Positions 1 through 10,318 of a stretch of 64,000 bases of DNA are shown one piece after another. The stretch is from an uncultured bacterium (GTDB taxonomy: Bacteria; Bacteroidota; Ignavibacteria; Ignavibacteriales; Melioribacteraceae), in the NCBI GenBank assembly GCA_937936675.1, contig CALDDL010000012.1, positions 2,670-66,669 on the forward strand. The letters run 5' to 3'. Each line of letters opens with the position of its first letter. The first letter of the stretch is position 1. The translations under genes were made by a program, and so were the position numbers. The notes under the pieces were generated by a model that saw only the letters and a program-made list of their open reading frames with translations, was not told the DNA's origin and searched no databases.

Positions 1-1004
1 GGTGTATTAAAATCAAATCCATATTTTTCAGCAATTCCTTCTACCTGATTAAAAAACCAAGTTTTACGCGGTTTCCCGAGGGCAGTTATCCCTTCTTCTT
101 TAATACTCTTTTCCCAGTCGGGAATAATTAAGTTTATATCCAGTTCTCTTCTTTCACCAAGTCCATCGCAATCAGGACAATATCCATAAGGTGAATTAAA
201 AGAGAAAGAATTTGGCGCAAGTTCTTGGAATCCGATTCCGCAATAAAGACAAGCAAATTCTCTACTGAATAAATTATCGGATTTTCCATCATTAATAATA
301 AGATTACCATTCCCAAAATTTAATGCGGCTTCTACTGATTCACTTATTCTACTTCTTGCCTGTTCATTTATTTTAAGACGATCAATTACTATTTCAATAT
401 CATGAGTTTTATATCGATCAACTTTCAGCCCATCGATAAGTTCTAATACTTCACCATCCACTCTTACCCGAATGAATCCATCTTTAGATATCTCTTCGAA
501 AAGTTCTTTATAATGTCCTTTCCTGCCTCGAACTATTGGTGAAAGTATAGAAATTCGTTGATCATTATAATTTGTAAGGATTGTATCTATGATTTGATTA
601 GTCGATTGTTTTTGTACCGGTCTTCCACAGTTATAACAATGTGGTGTGCCTACCCTTGCATATAGAAGTCGAAGATAATCATATATTTCTGTTACCGTTC
701 CAACTGTAGAACGGGGATTACCGCCTGTGGATTTTTGTTCTATTGATATTGCAGGACTCAATCCTTCAATTAAATCGACATCCGGTTTTTCAAGTATATT
801 CAGAAACTGTCGAGCATAAGCCGAAAGCGATTCAATATATCTTCTCTGCCCTTCTGCATAAATTGTATCAAATGCCAAGGAAGATTTGCCAGAACCGGAT
901 AATCCGGTTATAACAATAAGTGTATCGCGCGGGATTTCGAGACTAATATTTTTTAGATTATGTTCTCTTGCGCCTTTTATTATAATTTTATTTTGTAATT
1001 CCAT
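1..1004 (-). CDS. uvrA: Excinuclease ABC subunit A, N-terminal part (partial, runs off the left edge)
   Basis: An open minus-strand frame starts at ATG 1004..1002. My translation reads MELQNKIIIKGAREHNLKNISLEIPRDTLIVITGLSGSGKSSLAFDTIYAEGQRRYIESLSAYARQF..., the UvrA N-terminal Walker A region. It is absent from the ORF track because it has no stop inside the window. Confidence 0.9.
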   Translation of the reverse strand, partial: MELQNKIIIKGAREHNLKNISLEIPRDTLIVITGLSGSGKSSLAFDTIYAEGQRRYIESLSAYARQFLNILEKPDVDLIEGLSPAISIEQKSTGGNPRSTVGTVTEIYDYLRLLYARVGTPHCYNCGRPVQKQSTNQIIDTILTNYNDQRISILSPIVRGRKGHYKELFEEISKDGFIRVRVDGEVLELIDGLKVDRYKTHDIEIVIDRLKINEQARSRISESVEAALNFGNGNLIINDGKSDNLFSREFACLYCGIGFQELAPNSFSFNSPYGYCPDCDGLGERRELDINLIIPDWEKSIKEEGITALGKPRKTWFFNQVEGIAEKYGFDFNT

Positions 1005-1084
1005 TTAGATACATTTGTAAAAGTTCAATCAAGAAGTTTACTTAATAACAGACCTAAAATCAATTTTATTTGTATTGAAAGAGT

Positions 1085-1711
1085 ATGAACGAATTAAATA
1101 AATCAATAAAAATTATAACATCGGAAAATGAATTTCGTTTCAAAGAAAAGGGAAGCGAATTCATTTCTTATGCTTTTTATATAGAATCTGAAGAAGAAGC
1201 ATTGGAAAAACTTCACTTTATTAAGAAAAAATTTTACGATGCTGTTCATCATTGCTATGCTTATTCAATTAATTATGAAATAAGTAAATATTCAGATGAT
1301 GGCGAACCAAACGGAACAGCAGGGATAAGAATTTTCAATGCGATTAATCATTTTGAAATAACTAATATAATTGTAATCGTAATTCGATATTTTGGCGGAG
1401 TTAAACTAGGGGTTGGTCCCCTCGGGAAAGCTTACTATTATGCCGCAGAACAATTACTTTCCGAAATAACTACTATTACTAAAAAACCATATCAAGTTTT
1501 AGAAATTTATTATAATTATGACCAAACAAGTAAAATTCACTATCTAATAAAACAAAATAATGCCATAATTGAATCAATGATATATGAACCGGAACTAAAA
1601 ATAGTATGTTTGGTATTAATATCAGAAATTAATAAATTTGTGGAGGAACTTATCGATTTTTCGGGGGGTTCGATTAAAATAAAAATAATAAATGGAATAA
1701 AGTACCTTTAA
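1085..1711 (+). CDS. YigZ / IMPACT family protein (UPF0029)
   Basis: 208 aa with motifs HHCYAY, DDGEPNGTAG and RYFGGVKLGVGPL, which are typical of the YigZ/IMPACT N-terminal domain. Confidence 0.8.
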   Translation: MNELNKSIKIITSENEFRFKEKGSEFISYAFYIESEEEALEKLHFIKKKFYDAVHHCYAYSINYEISKYSDDGEPNGTAGIRIFNAINHFEITNIIVIVIRYFGGVKLGVGPLGKAYYYAAEQLLSEITTITKKPYQVLEIYYNYDQTSKIHYLIKQNNAIIESMIYEPELKIVCLVLISEINKFVEELIDFSGGSIKIKIINGIKYL

Positions 1712-1830
1712 GGTCTTTTTTTATAACTAATTCTTGACAAAGCAGTACTATTTACTTAATTTCTATATTAAGATATTAATCTCCCGATAGTCTTAGTTAA
1801 TGTTTAATAAATAATTAGATTGAGAAAAAA

Positions 1831-2259
1831 ATGATTTATACTAAAACAGGTGAATATGCAATAAGAGCGATCTTGTTTTTGGCACGCCAACCAAAAGACA
1901 GTTTAATTATGTCTTCTGAAATTGCTAAAAGCGAAGATATTCCCTCTCATTATTTAGCAAAAATTTTACAAAGAATGGCTAAATATGGTTATGTTGATTC
2001 TTATAAAGGGCGAGGCGGGGGATTTAAAATTACTGAATTAGCCAAAAAAAGTTCAATACTTGAAATCGTTGAACGTGTAGAAGGTCCTGTTATTAATCTC
2101 AAATGCGTTACGGGTTTAAAAGAATGCTCAGATGAAAGTCCATGTCCGCTTCACGATGAATGGGCTGAATTAAGAAATAGAATATATAATCTCATCTCAA
2201 GTAAATCAGTTCAAGAGGTTGCTGAAAAATATTCTGAAACTTTAAGAAAAGCTAAATAA
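1831..2259 (+). CDS. Rrf2 family transcriptional regulator (Fe-S type, IscR/NsrR-like)
   Basis: 142 aa. The N-terminal wHTH reads YAIRAILFLA...IPSHYLAKILQRMAKYGYVDSYKGRGGGF. A Cys cluster CVTGLKECSDESPC (C-x6-C-x5-C) is present. Confidence 0.85.
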   Translation: MIYTKTGEYAIRAILFLARQPKDSLIMSSEIAKSEDIPSHYLAKILQRMAKYGYVDSYKGRGGGFKITELAKKSSILEIVERVEGPVINLKCVTGLKECSDESPCPLHDEWAELRNRIYNLISSKSVQEVAEKYSETLRKAK

Positions 2260-2287
2260 AAAAAAGCGGCAATAGCCGCTTTTTTTT
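2258..2287. terminator. Bidirectional rho-independent terminator between convergent genes
   Basis: The sequence is an A-run, stem AGCGGC (2265-2270), loop AATA, stem GCCGCT (2275-2280), then a T-run. It sits between the Rrf2 gene (+) and the methyltransferase gene (-). Confidence 0.7.
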
Positions 2288-2317
2288 ATGATCATTTATT
2301 TATAATCATTAATTTCT

Positions 2318-2965
2318 TTACTGTTTTATTCCGATACCGATTCCATCTCCAATAGGTAAAATAGTTGAAAATAGTTGTTCGTTCTCTAAAAAGTATTTAT
2401 TAAAATTTCTTATTGCTTCGGTAGAGTTTATATATTTTTCGGGCACTTCTTCTGAAGCAGCATAACCTTTCCATAAAAGATTATCAATAAAAATCACTCC
2501 ACCCTTATTTAATTTCTTTAATGAGTAATCAAATAATTTTTCATAATCTTCTTTATCGGCATCTAAAAATATCAAATCATAATTATTTTCTAAATTCGGA
2601 ATTATGTCTAAAGCATCTCCTTTGATAATATTAATTTTTTCATCGAAGCCGGATTCTTCAATATATTTCAATGCTAATTCAATGTTATCTTTACTTTTTT
2701 CTATTGTATCAATAAAACCTTTTTTTCTTATCGAACGGGCAATTCGAATTGATGAATATGCAATAGCAGTACCAATTTCTAAAACGTTTTCCGGGCGAAG
2801 AGCCTGAACTAATGTTTCTAAAAATTCAGCCGATTTCCAATCCAGAATAGGAACATTATTCTTAAGTGCAAAATCTTCCATTTTAAGAATCAGTTCACAT
2901 TTCTCTTTTCTTAAACTCTCTAAATATTTTATTTGTGATTTATGCAGTATTCCATTCATATTCAC
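2318..2965 (-). CDS. Class I SAM-dependent O-methyltransferase (family 3, caffeoyl-CoA OMT / YrrM-like)
   Basis: 215 aa with the SAM motif VLEIGTAIAYSS and the downstream IFLDADKEDY, as in O-methyltransferase family 3. Confidence 0.8.
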   Translation of the reverse strand: MNMNGILHKSQIKYLESLRKEKCELILKMEDFALKNNVPILDWKSAEFLETLVQALRPENVLEIGTAIAYSSIRIARSIRKKGFIDTIEKSKDNIELALKYIEESGFDEKINIIKGDALDIIPNLENNYDLIFLDADKEDYEKLFDYSLKKLNKGGVIFIDNLLWKGYAASEEVPEKYINSTEAIRNFNKYFLENEQLFSTILPIGDGIGIGIKQ

Positions 2966-2967
2966 CT

Positions 2968-4962
2968 TTATTTTAGATATAAAAGTTTTTTATTTAGAAC
3001 CGTACCATTTATTTTTAATGAATAGATATAAGAGCCCGAAGAAATGGATTCACCTAAATCATTCGTACCGTTCCAATAGATGTTATTTCTTCCTACCGAA
3101 GCGATTCCGGAAAATAGTGTTTTTATTTTCTCACCTAGTACATTAAAAACTTCCACTTCGGCATAAGTATTATCTTTCGATAAAAAAGTTATTAAAGTAG
3201 AACCATTGAATGGATTAGGATAATTTTGAACTAGAATATATTCTTCCGGCAGGACTACTTCTTCTTCGCTCTTTGCAGAGGTTAAAATATTGAGTTTCCC
3301 GCCAAACATTTTATAGCTTTTTTCCGAATTTGCCGGTTCACGCTTGCTAAGACCTTCACTAGATTCATAGGTGAAATAAAAAATAATTGATTCATCATTT
3401 ACGAATTGAGGTAAATTAGATGTAAAGATAAAACCACCTTGATAATTCATTGCAATCACCTGCTCAATACCGCTGCTCCCCTTAAAGTGTAATTTAAGAG
3501 TTTGAAGATTCATTTGGTTCGGATTCTGAAAAGCTTTTGTAAGAACGATATTCCCATTTGATTCTCTTAAATGTGGATAAGTAATTGCCTTTAATGCTGA
3601 AACAATTCCCCAACCGATATCATTATTCGGAGATTCAGAATTGCTAGCCGATTGCATCATTATCTCACGAACTTGAGTATTTTTAAGATAGGGATAAGCT
3701 GACATTAATAGAGCGGTAACACCCGCAGCAATAGGACAAGAAAAAGAAGTCCCACTGCCATAGCTATAATTTCCTGAAGTCGTTACACGATAAGTATTAG
3801 AACCTTGCGCAGCGATCTCAGGCTTTATTCTTCCATCAGAAGTTGGTCCAAAACTACTGAAATAGGATATGCCTCCGGATCCTGTAACCGAACCAACCGA
3901 AAGAATATTAAAAGCATCTGCCGGAGTGGTAATATAACCCCAAGAAGTACTTCTTTCATTACCTGCCGAAGTAAAAGTAACTACACCCTTTCCAAATGCA
4001 ATATCCGTTGCTTTAGATACTAATGAGGTGGACCCATTCATATCAGAATAAGAATAAGAACGTTGATCTTTATCGAAAGTGGAATAACCTAAAGAGCTGC
4101 TTGTTAAATCAACTCCCATGCCTTCAAGCCATTCCATTGCTGCTACATAATTATCTTCTTCTATATTAGTTTCCGTGGGGACGTATTCAGTTTTTGCTAA
4201 GGCATATTGTGCATTAAACGCCGGTCCTATCATTTCGCCATTTTGAAATCCGCCTATTAATGAAAATACAGAAGTGCCATGGCTATCTTGATCCAGGACG
4301 TCTCCGCTTTCATTTGACGTTACGCCATCTTTTTGAACAAAATCATATTCGGCAACTACATTTCTACCTTTTAGAGGAGGATTCGATTTCCATCTAAATC
4401 CTGTATCTAATAAACCAATAAAAACTCCTTCGCCAGTTATTCCCATATCGTGAACAAAAGGCACATCGGATAATATATTTTGATTTAATGACGAGCCATA
4501 ATCATAAGTAAAGTTAGGAGAAGATTTATCATTACCTTCTGGTATTGTACCAATTAGATACGAATAATTGGATTCACTTTTAAGTGTTTTTATTATCTCA
4601 ATTTTTTCTACAAATGGTAGTGAAAGCAATTCATTATATTCATCAGAAGTTAAAAAGGCAGATACCGCATTAAACCATTTTAGTTTATGAACAATCTCAA
4701 TACCTTTTCCTGATATCTGATCAATATAATCGCTATTAATTTTAATATCCGAATAATCTATATAATCTTCGCCAAGAACTTTTTTCCTTCTTTCAATAGC
4801 TTTAGAAGAAAGCTCTTTTTCGGCTTCTTTATAATATTCGGAAGTTTTATTTAATCTATCTTTATAATCTATTCCCTTGTCTTTGAAATAGATCATATAT
4901 TTCGTTTGGGCAGATATACTTATTGAAACAAAAAAGAAAATAAATAGAATAGTTCTTTTCAT
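2968..4962 (-). CDS. Secreted S8 (subtilisin-family) serine peptidase with T9SS C-terminal sorting domain
   Basis: Signal peptide MKRTILFIFFFVSISISAQ. Catalytic triad contexts are GLLDTGF (Asp), SHGTSV (His) and GTSFSCP (Ser). The C-terminus reads NYPNPFNGSTLITF....NKKLLYLK, a Por_Secre_tail-like CTD. Confidence 0.85.
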   Translation of the reverse strand: MKRTILFIFFFVSISISAQTKYMIYFKDKGIDYKDRLNKTSEYYKEAEKELSSKAIERRKKVLGEDYIDYSDIKINSDYIDQISGKGIEIVHKLKWFNAVSAFLTSDEYNELLSLPFVEKIEIIKTLKSESNYSYLIGTIPEGNDKSSPNFTYDYGSSLNQNILSDVPFVHDMGITGEGVFIGLLDTGFRWKSNPPLKGRNVVAEYDFVQKDGVTSNESGDVLDQDSHGTSVFSLIGGFQNGEMIGPAFNAQYALAKTEYVPTETNIEEDNYVAAMEWLEGMGVDLTSSSLGYSTFDKDQRSYSYSDMNGSTSLVSKATDIAFGKGVVTFTSAGNERSTSWGYITTPADAFNILSVGSVTGSGGISYFSSFGPTSDGRIKPEIAAQGSNTYRVTTSGNYSYGSGTSFSCPIAAGVTALLMSAYPYLKNTQVREIMMQSASNSESPNNDIGWGIVSALKAITYPHLRESNGNIVLTKAFQNPNQMNLQTLKLHFKGSSGIEQVIAMNYQGGFIFTSNLPQFVNDESIIFYFTYESSEGLSKREPANSEKSYKMFGGKLNILTSAKSEEEVVLPEEYILVQNYPNPFNGSTLITFLSKDNTYAEVEVFNVLGEKIKTLFSGIASVGRNNIYWNGTNDLGESISSGSYIYSLKINGTVLNKKLLYLK

Positions 4963-5020
4963 AAGAGAGACTGTCCTTTCAATAATTAATTAATAATTAT
5001 ATGGAATCAACCATTTATAA

Positions 5021-5908
5021 TCAATGAACTAATTTTGCGAGACGGTTTAATCTCACAGAACCTAAAAGTTCAAAGAAATCAGAAAATGGGATTGCAGGAT
5101 TCCAAGACCAATATATAAAAAATGCTTGACCCACAACTTTATCACGAGCAACAAAACCCCAAAATCGGCTATCTAAACTATTATCTCGATTATCACCCAT
5201 CATAAAATAATAATCTTTGGTAATTTTATAATTTGTTACAGGTTTTTTATCAATTAAAATTTGATCTCCTTCAATAGTAACTACTCTTCTATCATATTCT
5301 CTATCAATAATTGTACGCCATTGCTCTACATTATTTCTATTTAGCTGGATGATATCCCCTTTCTTAGGTACGACTACGGGTCCATAATTATCTTCATTAA
5401 ATTGCGCGCCGGAAGGGAAAATCCGTGGATTTGTAACTGTCTTTGGCATTGCATTTGAATTTAAATATTGAATATGAGGAGGAATATCTGCTTCTTTTCC
5501 ATTGATAAAAACTACTTTTTCTTTAATTACAACAGTATCCCCTGGTTCACCAATCAATCGCTTGACATAGTTATCTATATTTACCGGTTTTAATTCATCT
5601 TTATCCCCCGGAAATTCAAAAACAACAATATCACCTCTTTTAGGTTCCCTTACTGCCGGCAACTGAAAATATGGGAGTGCAATATTTGTGAATGGAATAC
5701 TTCTAGGAGAAGATGATCCATAAAGAAATTTATTCACGAAGAGGAAATCTCCTACCATAATAGTTTTTTCCATGGAAGGAGTAGGTACTCGCGATGTCTC
5801 TATTATAAATGTCTTTAAAATTAATGCTGCAATCGCAGCGAAGAATAAATTTTTCAAAAACTCAAGAAATTTTTTGAATTGAGTTTTTGGTGTTTCATTT
5901 TTAGTCAT
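5021..5908 (-). CDS. lepB: Signal peptidase I
   Basis: 295 aa with an N-terminal TM segment and motifs PSMEKT, KRLIG and GDNRDNSLDSRFWG. It lies immediately downstream of lepA, the conserved lepA-lepB order. Confidence 0.9.
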   Translation of the reverse strand: MTKNETPKTQFKKFLEFLKNLFFAAIAALILKTFIIETSRVPTPSMEKTIMVGDFLFVNKFLYGSSSPRSIPFTNIALPYFQLPAVREPKRGDIVVFEFPGDKDELKPVNIDNYVKRLIGEPGDTVVIKEKVVFINGKEADIPPHIQYLNSNAMPKTVTNPRIFPSGAQFNEDNYGPVVVPKKGDIIQLNRNNVEQWRTIIDREYDRRVVTIEGDQILIDKKPVTNYKITKDYYFMMGDNRDNSLDSRFWGFVARDKVVGQAFFIYWSWNPAIPFSDFFELLGSVRLNRLAKLVH

Positions 5909-5925
5909 AAGATTACCAAATTCCT

Positions 5926-7719
5926 TTAGTCATCAATTTGTAAAACAGCTAAGAAAGCTTCCTGAGGAATTTCAACATTACCAACTTGTTTCATTCTTTT
6001 TTTGCCTTCTTTTTGCTTCTCTAATAATTTTCTTTTTCTTGAGATATCACCGCCATAACATTTAGCAAGCACGTTTTTTCTCATAGCTTTTATATTTGTT
6101 CGTGATATAACTTTAGCACCAATCGAAGCTTGAATGGCAATTTCAAACATCTGTTTAGGAATCAAGTCCTTTAATTTCGTTGTAACTTTTCTACCCCAAT
6201 CATAAGCTTTCTTTTCGTGAACAATCATAGAAAGAGCATCGACTTTTTCACCATTAAGCATTATATCCAACTTCACTAGATCTGAAATCCTATATCCAAT
6301 ATATTCATAATCAAATGAAGCATATCCTCGTGAAATCGATTTTAATTTATCATAGAAATCAAAAATTATCTCCGATAAAGGGAATTCAAATTGCAAATCC
6401 GCACGTGTTGGGTCTATATAAGAAGTATTTATATATATACCTCTTTTTTCAATTGCAAGCTGCATTAAGTTCCCGACATATTCACTTGGGGTAACAATTT
6501 GTGCTTTTACATAAGGTTCTTCAACATGATCAATATCTCCAAGAGCAGGCATATCGGCTGGATTATCTACAACAATCTTTTCACCTTTTTTATTAATTAC
6601 CCAATACTCAACGTTAGGGAGAGTGGTAACAATAGATTGATCAAATTCTCTTTCTAATCTTTCCTGTACAATTTCCATGTGGAGCATACCTAAGAAACCA
6701 CAACGGAATCCAAATCCAAGAGCAACTGAAGTTTCGGGTGAATATGAAAGAGCCGAATCGTTTAACTTAAATTTTTCTAAAGCATCGCGAAGGTTTTCAT
6801 ATTCATCAGTATTTGTAGGATAGAGTCCGCTATAAACCATCGGTTTAATATCTTTATATCCGGGCAAAGGTTTTTCTGCTCCATTACGTGCGTGGGTTAC
6901 AGTATCGCCGACTTTAGAATCAGCAAGATCTTTTATTCCGGAAATTAAATAACCAACGTTTCCGGCTTGTAATTCACCGGTTCTAATCCTACCTAATCGA
7001 AGAGTACCTACTTCTTCTGCAAGATATTGATTCCCGTTTACGAAATAACGTATCTGATCTTTCTCTTTTAGTTTGCCATTAAAAATTCGAACATAAGAAA
7101 CTGCTCCTCGATATGAATCAAAAACAGAATCGAATACTAACGCCTGAAGCGGAGCATTTTCATCTCCGGTTGGTTGAGGTACTTTTGCAACAATATCCTC
7201 CAAGATCAAATCGATTCCCGTTCTGGTTTTAGCACTTGCTAAAATTATATCCTCATCTTTACATCCAATTAGCTCGATTATCTGATTCTTTACTACATCA
7301 ATCATAGCACTTGGAAGATCGATTTTATTTATTACCGGGATTATCTCTAATCCGGCATCGATCGCCATATAAAGATTACTTATTGTTTGAGCTTCAACTC
7401 CTTGAGCAGCATCTACGACTAAAATGGCACCTTCGCATGCAGCTAAGGATCGAGAGACCTCATAAGTGAAATCTACGTGTCCGGGAGTATCGATAAGATT
7501 AAGTATATATGAATTTCCGTCATTAGCTTTATATTTCATCTGGATTGCATGGGATTTGATAGTTATACCTCTTTCCCTCTCCAAATCCATGCTATCTAAA
7601 AGCTGCTGCTTAGATTCGCGTTCGCTAACGGTTTTTGTGTATTCGAGTAAACCATCAGCAATTGTTGATTTCCCGTGGTCTATATGTGCTATTATGCAAA
7701 AGTTTCTTATTAATTCCAT
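5926..7719 (-). CDS. lepA: Elongation factor 4 (LepA)
   Basis: 597 aa with GTPase motifs [17 protein letters not shown] and NKID, plus the LepA-specific C-terminal domain. Confidence 0.97.
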   Translation of the reverse strand: MELIRNFCIIAHIDHGKSTIADGLLEYTKTVSERESKQQLLDSMDLERERGITIKSHAIQMKYKANDGNSYILNLIDTPGHVDFTYEVSRSLAACEGAILVVDAAQGVEAQTISNLYMAIDAGLEIIPVINKIDLPSAMIDVVKNQIIELIGCKDEDIILASAKTRTGIDLILEDIVAKVPQPTGDENAPLQALVFDSVFDSYRGAVSYVRIFNGKLKEKDQIRYFVNGNQYLAEEVGTLRLGRIRTGELQAGNVGYLISGIKDLADSKVGDTVTHARNGAEKPLPGYKDIKPMVYSGLYPTNTDEYENLRDALEKFKLNDSALSYSPETSVALGFGFRCGFLGMLHMEIVQERLEREFDQSIVTTLPNVEYWVINKKGEKIVVDNPADMPALGDIDHVEEPYVKAQIVTPSEYVGNLMQLAIEKRGIYINTSYIDPTRADLQFEFPLSEIIFDFYDKLKSISRGYASFDYEYIGYRISDLVKLDIMLNGEKVDALSMIVHEKKAYDWGRKVTTKLKDLIPKQMFEIAIQASIGAKVISRTNIKAMRKNVLAKCYGGDISRKRKLLEKQKEGKKRMKQVGNVEIPQEAFLAVLQIDD

Positions 7720-7831
7720 ATTCCATCTTAAATTTAACCAAGTAATATAGGCATAGAACTGGCTAAATTCAATTTAACTTGATGCTCATTTTTACTATTT
7801 TAGTTAATTAAATAATTTAATTGTCTGCAAA

Positions 7832-9658
7832 ATGAAAAATCTATTTTTAATTCTACTCTTATCCTCCTTTATTATACATGGTCAGGGTAAAAATATTGCT
7901 TTGATATCTAATATTGAATCAGGTAATAATGATAATTTACAAAAACTTAGCATACTTATCGATTCATTGAATAATAGAAATAATATTGATTATTTAATAA
8001 TAACTGGTAATTTATCATATTCAAATGATGATAATGATTATGTACTTTTAAATGAATTGTTAAATACGCTTAAGTTTCCTTATGCAATCTTAACTGGTAG
8101 TAATGATAACAAAAATTTCCCTTATGACTGGACAGAATATTTCGATAAAATTGAAGGAGATAATTTATTAATAGAGAATGAGCAATTCCTAATTACAGGA
8201 ATAAATAGTTATCTCCCATATTCAAAATATCCGCATTTCTCAATTGAGAATCTTAAATGGTTAGGCAGCATATTGAAAGAAAATGGAAAAAATCGGTCAA
8301 TAATTTCTATTGCCCCAGTACCAACAACCAGTGAAATTTCGAATAAAGATAGCTACTTATCAATATTGAAAAATAATAATACTAAAATTCTTATTAGTCC
8401 AGCACATGAAAAAAGTTCAAGTGAAATAATCGAAGGTATAAGAACCATATTTCTGCAAGAGGGCTTTATCGATTCAAAAGGAAATATCTTCTATTATCTT
8501 ATGTCATTGGAAAAAAATTCCGCTTCTTTTTCAAAAATTATGCTTGAAGGAATTGAAGAGAAAATTGATAATATCGATTTATCGATTGATATATCTGCTT
8601 CTGAAGTGAAATCCGCTCCTCAAGAAGAAATATTATCAGATAGGATATTACAGATAGAAACAAATTCTTCAACTTATTCTCGACCAATAAGAACTAAAGA
8701 TAAGATCCTATCATTTTCTGAAGAAGGAATTATTAGCTGCTATGATACGACAGGAAGACAAAAATGGGATTACGATTCGTATGGGAATTCACTTTCCTCA
8801 CCTGTTTCTGAAAATGGAATCATAACGATTGCCAATCTTAATGGGGACCTTTCTAGTGTTAGTCAATTAGACGGTGAACAAATCCAGACTATTGGATTTT
8901 CCGAACCGATCATCACTGATTTATTGACTATCGAATATAAAGGCGATAAAGAATTAATGATTCCAAAATTGACTAAATCAAAAACTGCAATAGTATTTGG
9001 ATCAATCTCCGGTAAACTTTCTTGTTATGATTTAGAAACTCTTCAAGAATATTGGGTTAATAATTCTGCCAAAGGTTTAATACTTAATAAACCATTGGAC
9101 ATCGATAATAAAATTTTCTTTACGAGTCGCGATGGGTTTCTATATTCGATCGACTCAAGAAACGGACTTATGATTTGGAAATGGAGAGAAGGAAATAACA
9201 ACAACGTAACAGATGGTTCGCCTATTACCGATGGAACTAAGATTTTTGTATTATCTGAAGATGGCACTCTTTCTGCGGTAGATTTATTACTAGGGAAGAC
9301 CGAATGGAAACTTAGCAAACATAACATAATTGATAAAATCGCTATATCATTAGATAAAAAAAATATATTCGCTAAATCTAATGATAATAAAATTTTAATA
9401 ATTAGCTGTAATAAAGGGACAATAGTAAAAGAAATTAAATTGAATTTTAATCTTGATGACTATCCTTCCGATATTGTGCAAAATGGAAATGCAGTGTATT
9501 TTTCTTCAGGCGAAAATCTCTATTCAATAGATAATAAATATAAGGTGAATAAAATATTCTCCAATGAAAACGGAGTAATTAATTATTTGGAATTATTTAA
9601 TAACAAAATTATGATCTCTGACTTGAATGGACGTATTACAATAATAAATGAACCTTAA
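7832..9658 (+). CDS. Secreted protein: degenerate metallophosphoesterase-like N-domain fused to a PQQ-like/BamB-like beta-propeller
   Basis: Signal peptide present. The N-domain keeps calcineurin-like motif spacing but with substituted ligands (ISNIESG, ITGNLS, TGSNDN). The C-half has repeated G-x-L/I-x-x-x-D-x-x-x-G-x-x-x-W propeller repeats (GIISCYDTTGRQKW, GKLSCYDLETLQEYW, GFLYSIDSRNGLMIW, GTLSAVDLLLGKTEW). Confidence 0.6.
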   Translation: MKNLFLILLLSSFIIHGQGKNIALISNIESGNNDNLQKLSILIDSLNNRNNIDYLIITGNLSYSNDDNDYVLLNELLNTLKFPYAILTGSNDNKNFPYDWTEYFDKIEGDNLLIENEQFLITGINSYLPYSKYPHFSIENLKWLGSILKENGKNRSIISIAPVPTTSEISNKDSYLSILKNNNTKILISPAHEKSSSEIIEGIRTIFLQEGFIDSKGNIFYYLMSLEKNSASFSKIMLEGIEEKIDNIDLSIDISASEVKSAPQEEILSDRILQIETNSSTYSRPIRTKDKILSFSEEGIISCYDTTGRQKWDYDSYGNSLSSPVSENGIITIANLNGDLSSVSQLDGEQIQTIGFSEPIITDLLTIEYKGDKELMIPKLTKSKTAIVFGSISGKLSCYDLETLQEYWVNNSAKGLILNKPLDIDNKIFFTSRDGFLYSIDSRNGLMIWKWREGNNNNVTDGSPITDGTKIFVLSEDGTLSAVDLLLGKTEWKLSKHNIIDKIAISLDKKNIFAKSNDNKILIISCNKGTIVKEIKLNFNLDDYPSDIVQNGNAVYFSSGENLYSIDNKYKVNKIFSNENGVINYLELFNNKIMISDLNGRITIINEP

Positions 9659-9666
9659 GGAAAAAT

Positions 9667-10317
9667 GTGAAACAATTTGATGGAATTATTTTTGATATCG
9701 ATGGGACTTTAACTTCTACTTTCGATTTAATTTTTGCTTCTTTTAATCATGTAACTGATAAGTATTTTGGAAAGATTTTTACTAACGAAGAAATACAAAA
9801 AGAATTTGGACCTACCGAAGACGTTATATTGAAAAAATGGTTTAAAGACAGATATGATATTGCTAGAGAAGACTATTATAAATTCTATGACAACAAACAT
9901 CATGAGATGGCGGACATCTTTCCGGGTATGCCGGATTTATTAAAGAAAATTAAAGAGAAGAATGTTATACTTGCCACAAATACCGGTAAAGGAAGAGACT
10001 CATCTATAATTACGTTAAATAAGATCGGGGTCTTTGATTATTTCGATGAAATTATTACGGGTGATGAAGTAGTGAACCATAAACCTGCGCCGGATGGCAT
10101 TTTTCTTTTTTTAGAAAAATATAATCTCCCAAAAGAAAAAGTACTAATGATTGGGGATTCATGGGTCGATATTGCAGCAGCTCAATCAGCAGGAGTAAAA
10201 TCAGCAGCAGTTCTATATGATGAATATTCTAATAAGGATTTTAAAGAATATAAACCCGACTATTCATTTCATACAGTTGGAGAGTTAAGCAAATTTATTT
10301 TAGAAAATATCGAATAG
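9667..10317 (+). CDS. HAD-superfamily hydrolase (phosphoglycolate phosphatase / PpaX-like)
   Basis: GTG start. HAD motif I is IIFDIDGTL and motif IV is MIGDSWVDIAAAQSAG. Confidence 0.85.
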   Translation: MKQFDGIIFDIDGTLTSTFDLIFASFNHVTDKYFGKIFTNEEIQKEFGPTEDVILKKWFKDRYDIAREDYYKFYDNKHHEMADIFPGMPDLLKKIKEKNVILATNTGKGRDSSIITLNKIGVFDYFDEIITGDEVVNHKPAPDGIFLFLEKYNLPKEKVLMIGDSWVDIAAAQSAGVKSAAVLYDEYSNKDFKEYKPDYSFHTVGELSKFILENIE

Positions 10318-10318
10318 T

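Noticed and set aside
134-316. The 60-aa ORF in the track at the left edge.
   Set aside because: It lies in a different frame inside the strongly supported uvrA coding region and is hydrophobic nonsense typical of an alternative-frame shadow ORF.
1757-1775. Short inverted repeat CTTAAT-N6-ATTAAG and a TTGACA (1734-1739) upstream of the Rrf2 gene, considered as an autoregulatory operator and promoter.
   Set aside because: The arms are only 6 bp in AT-rich DNA, and the -10 candidate at proper spacing is poor. This is not distinguishable from chance without comparative data.
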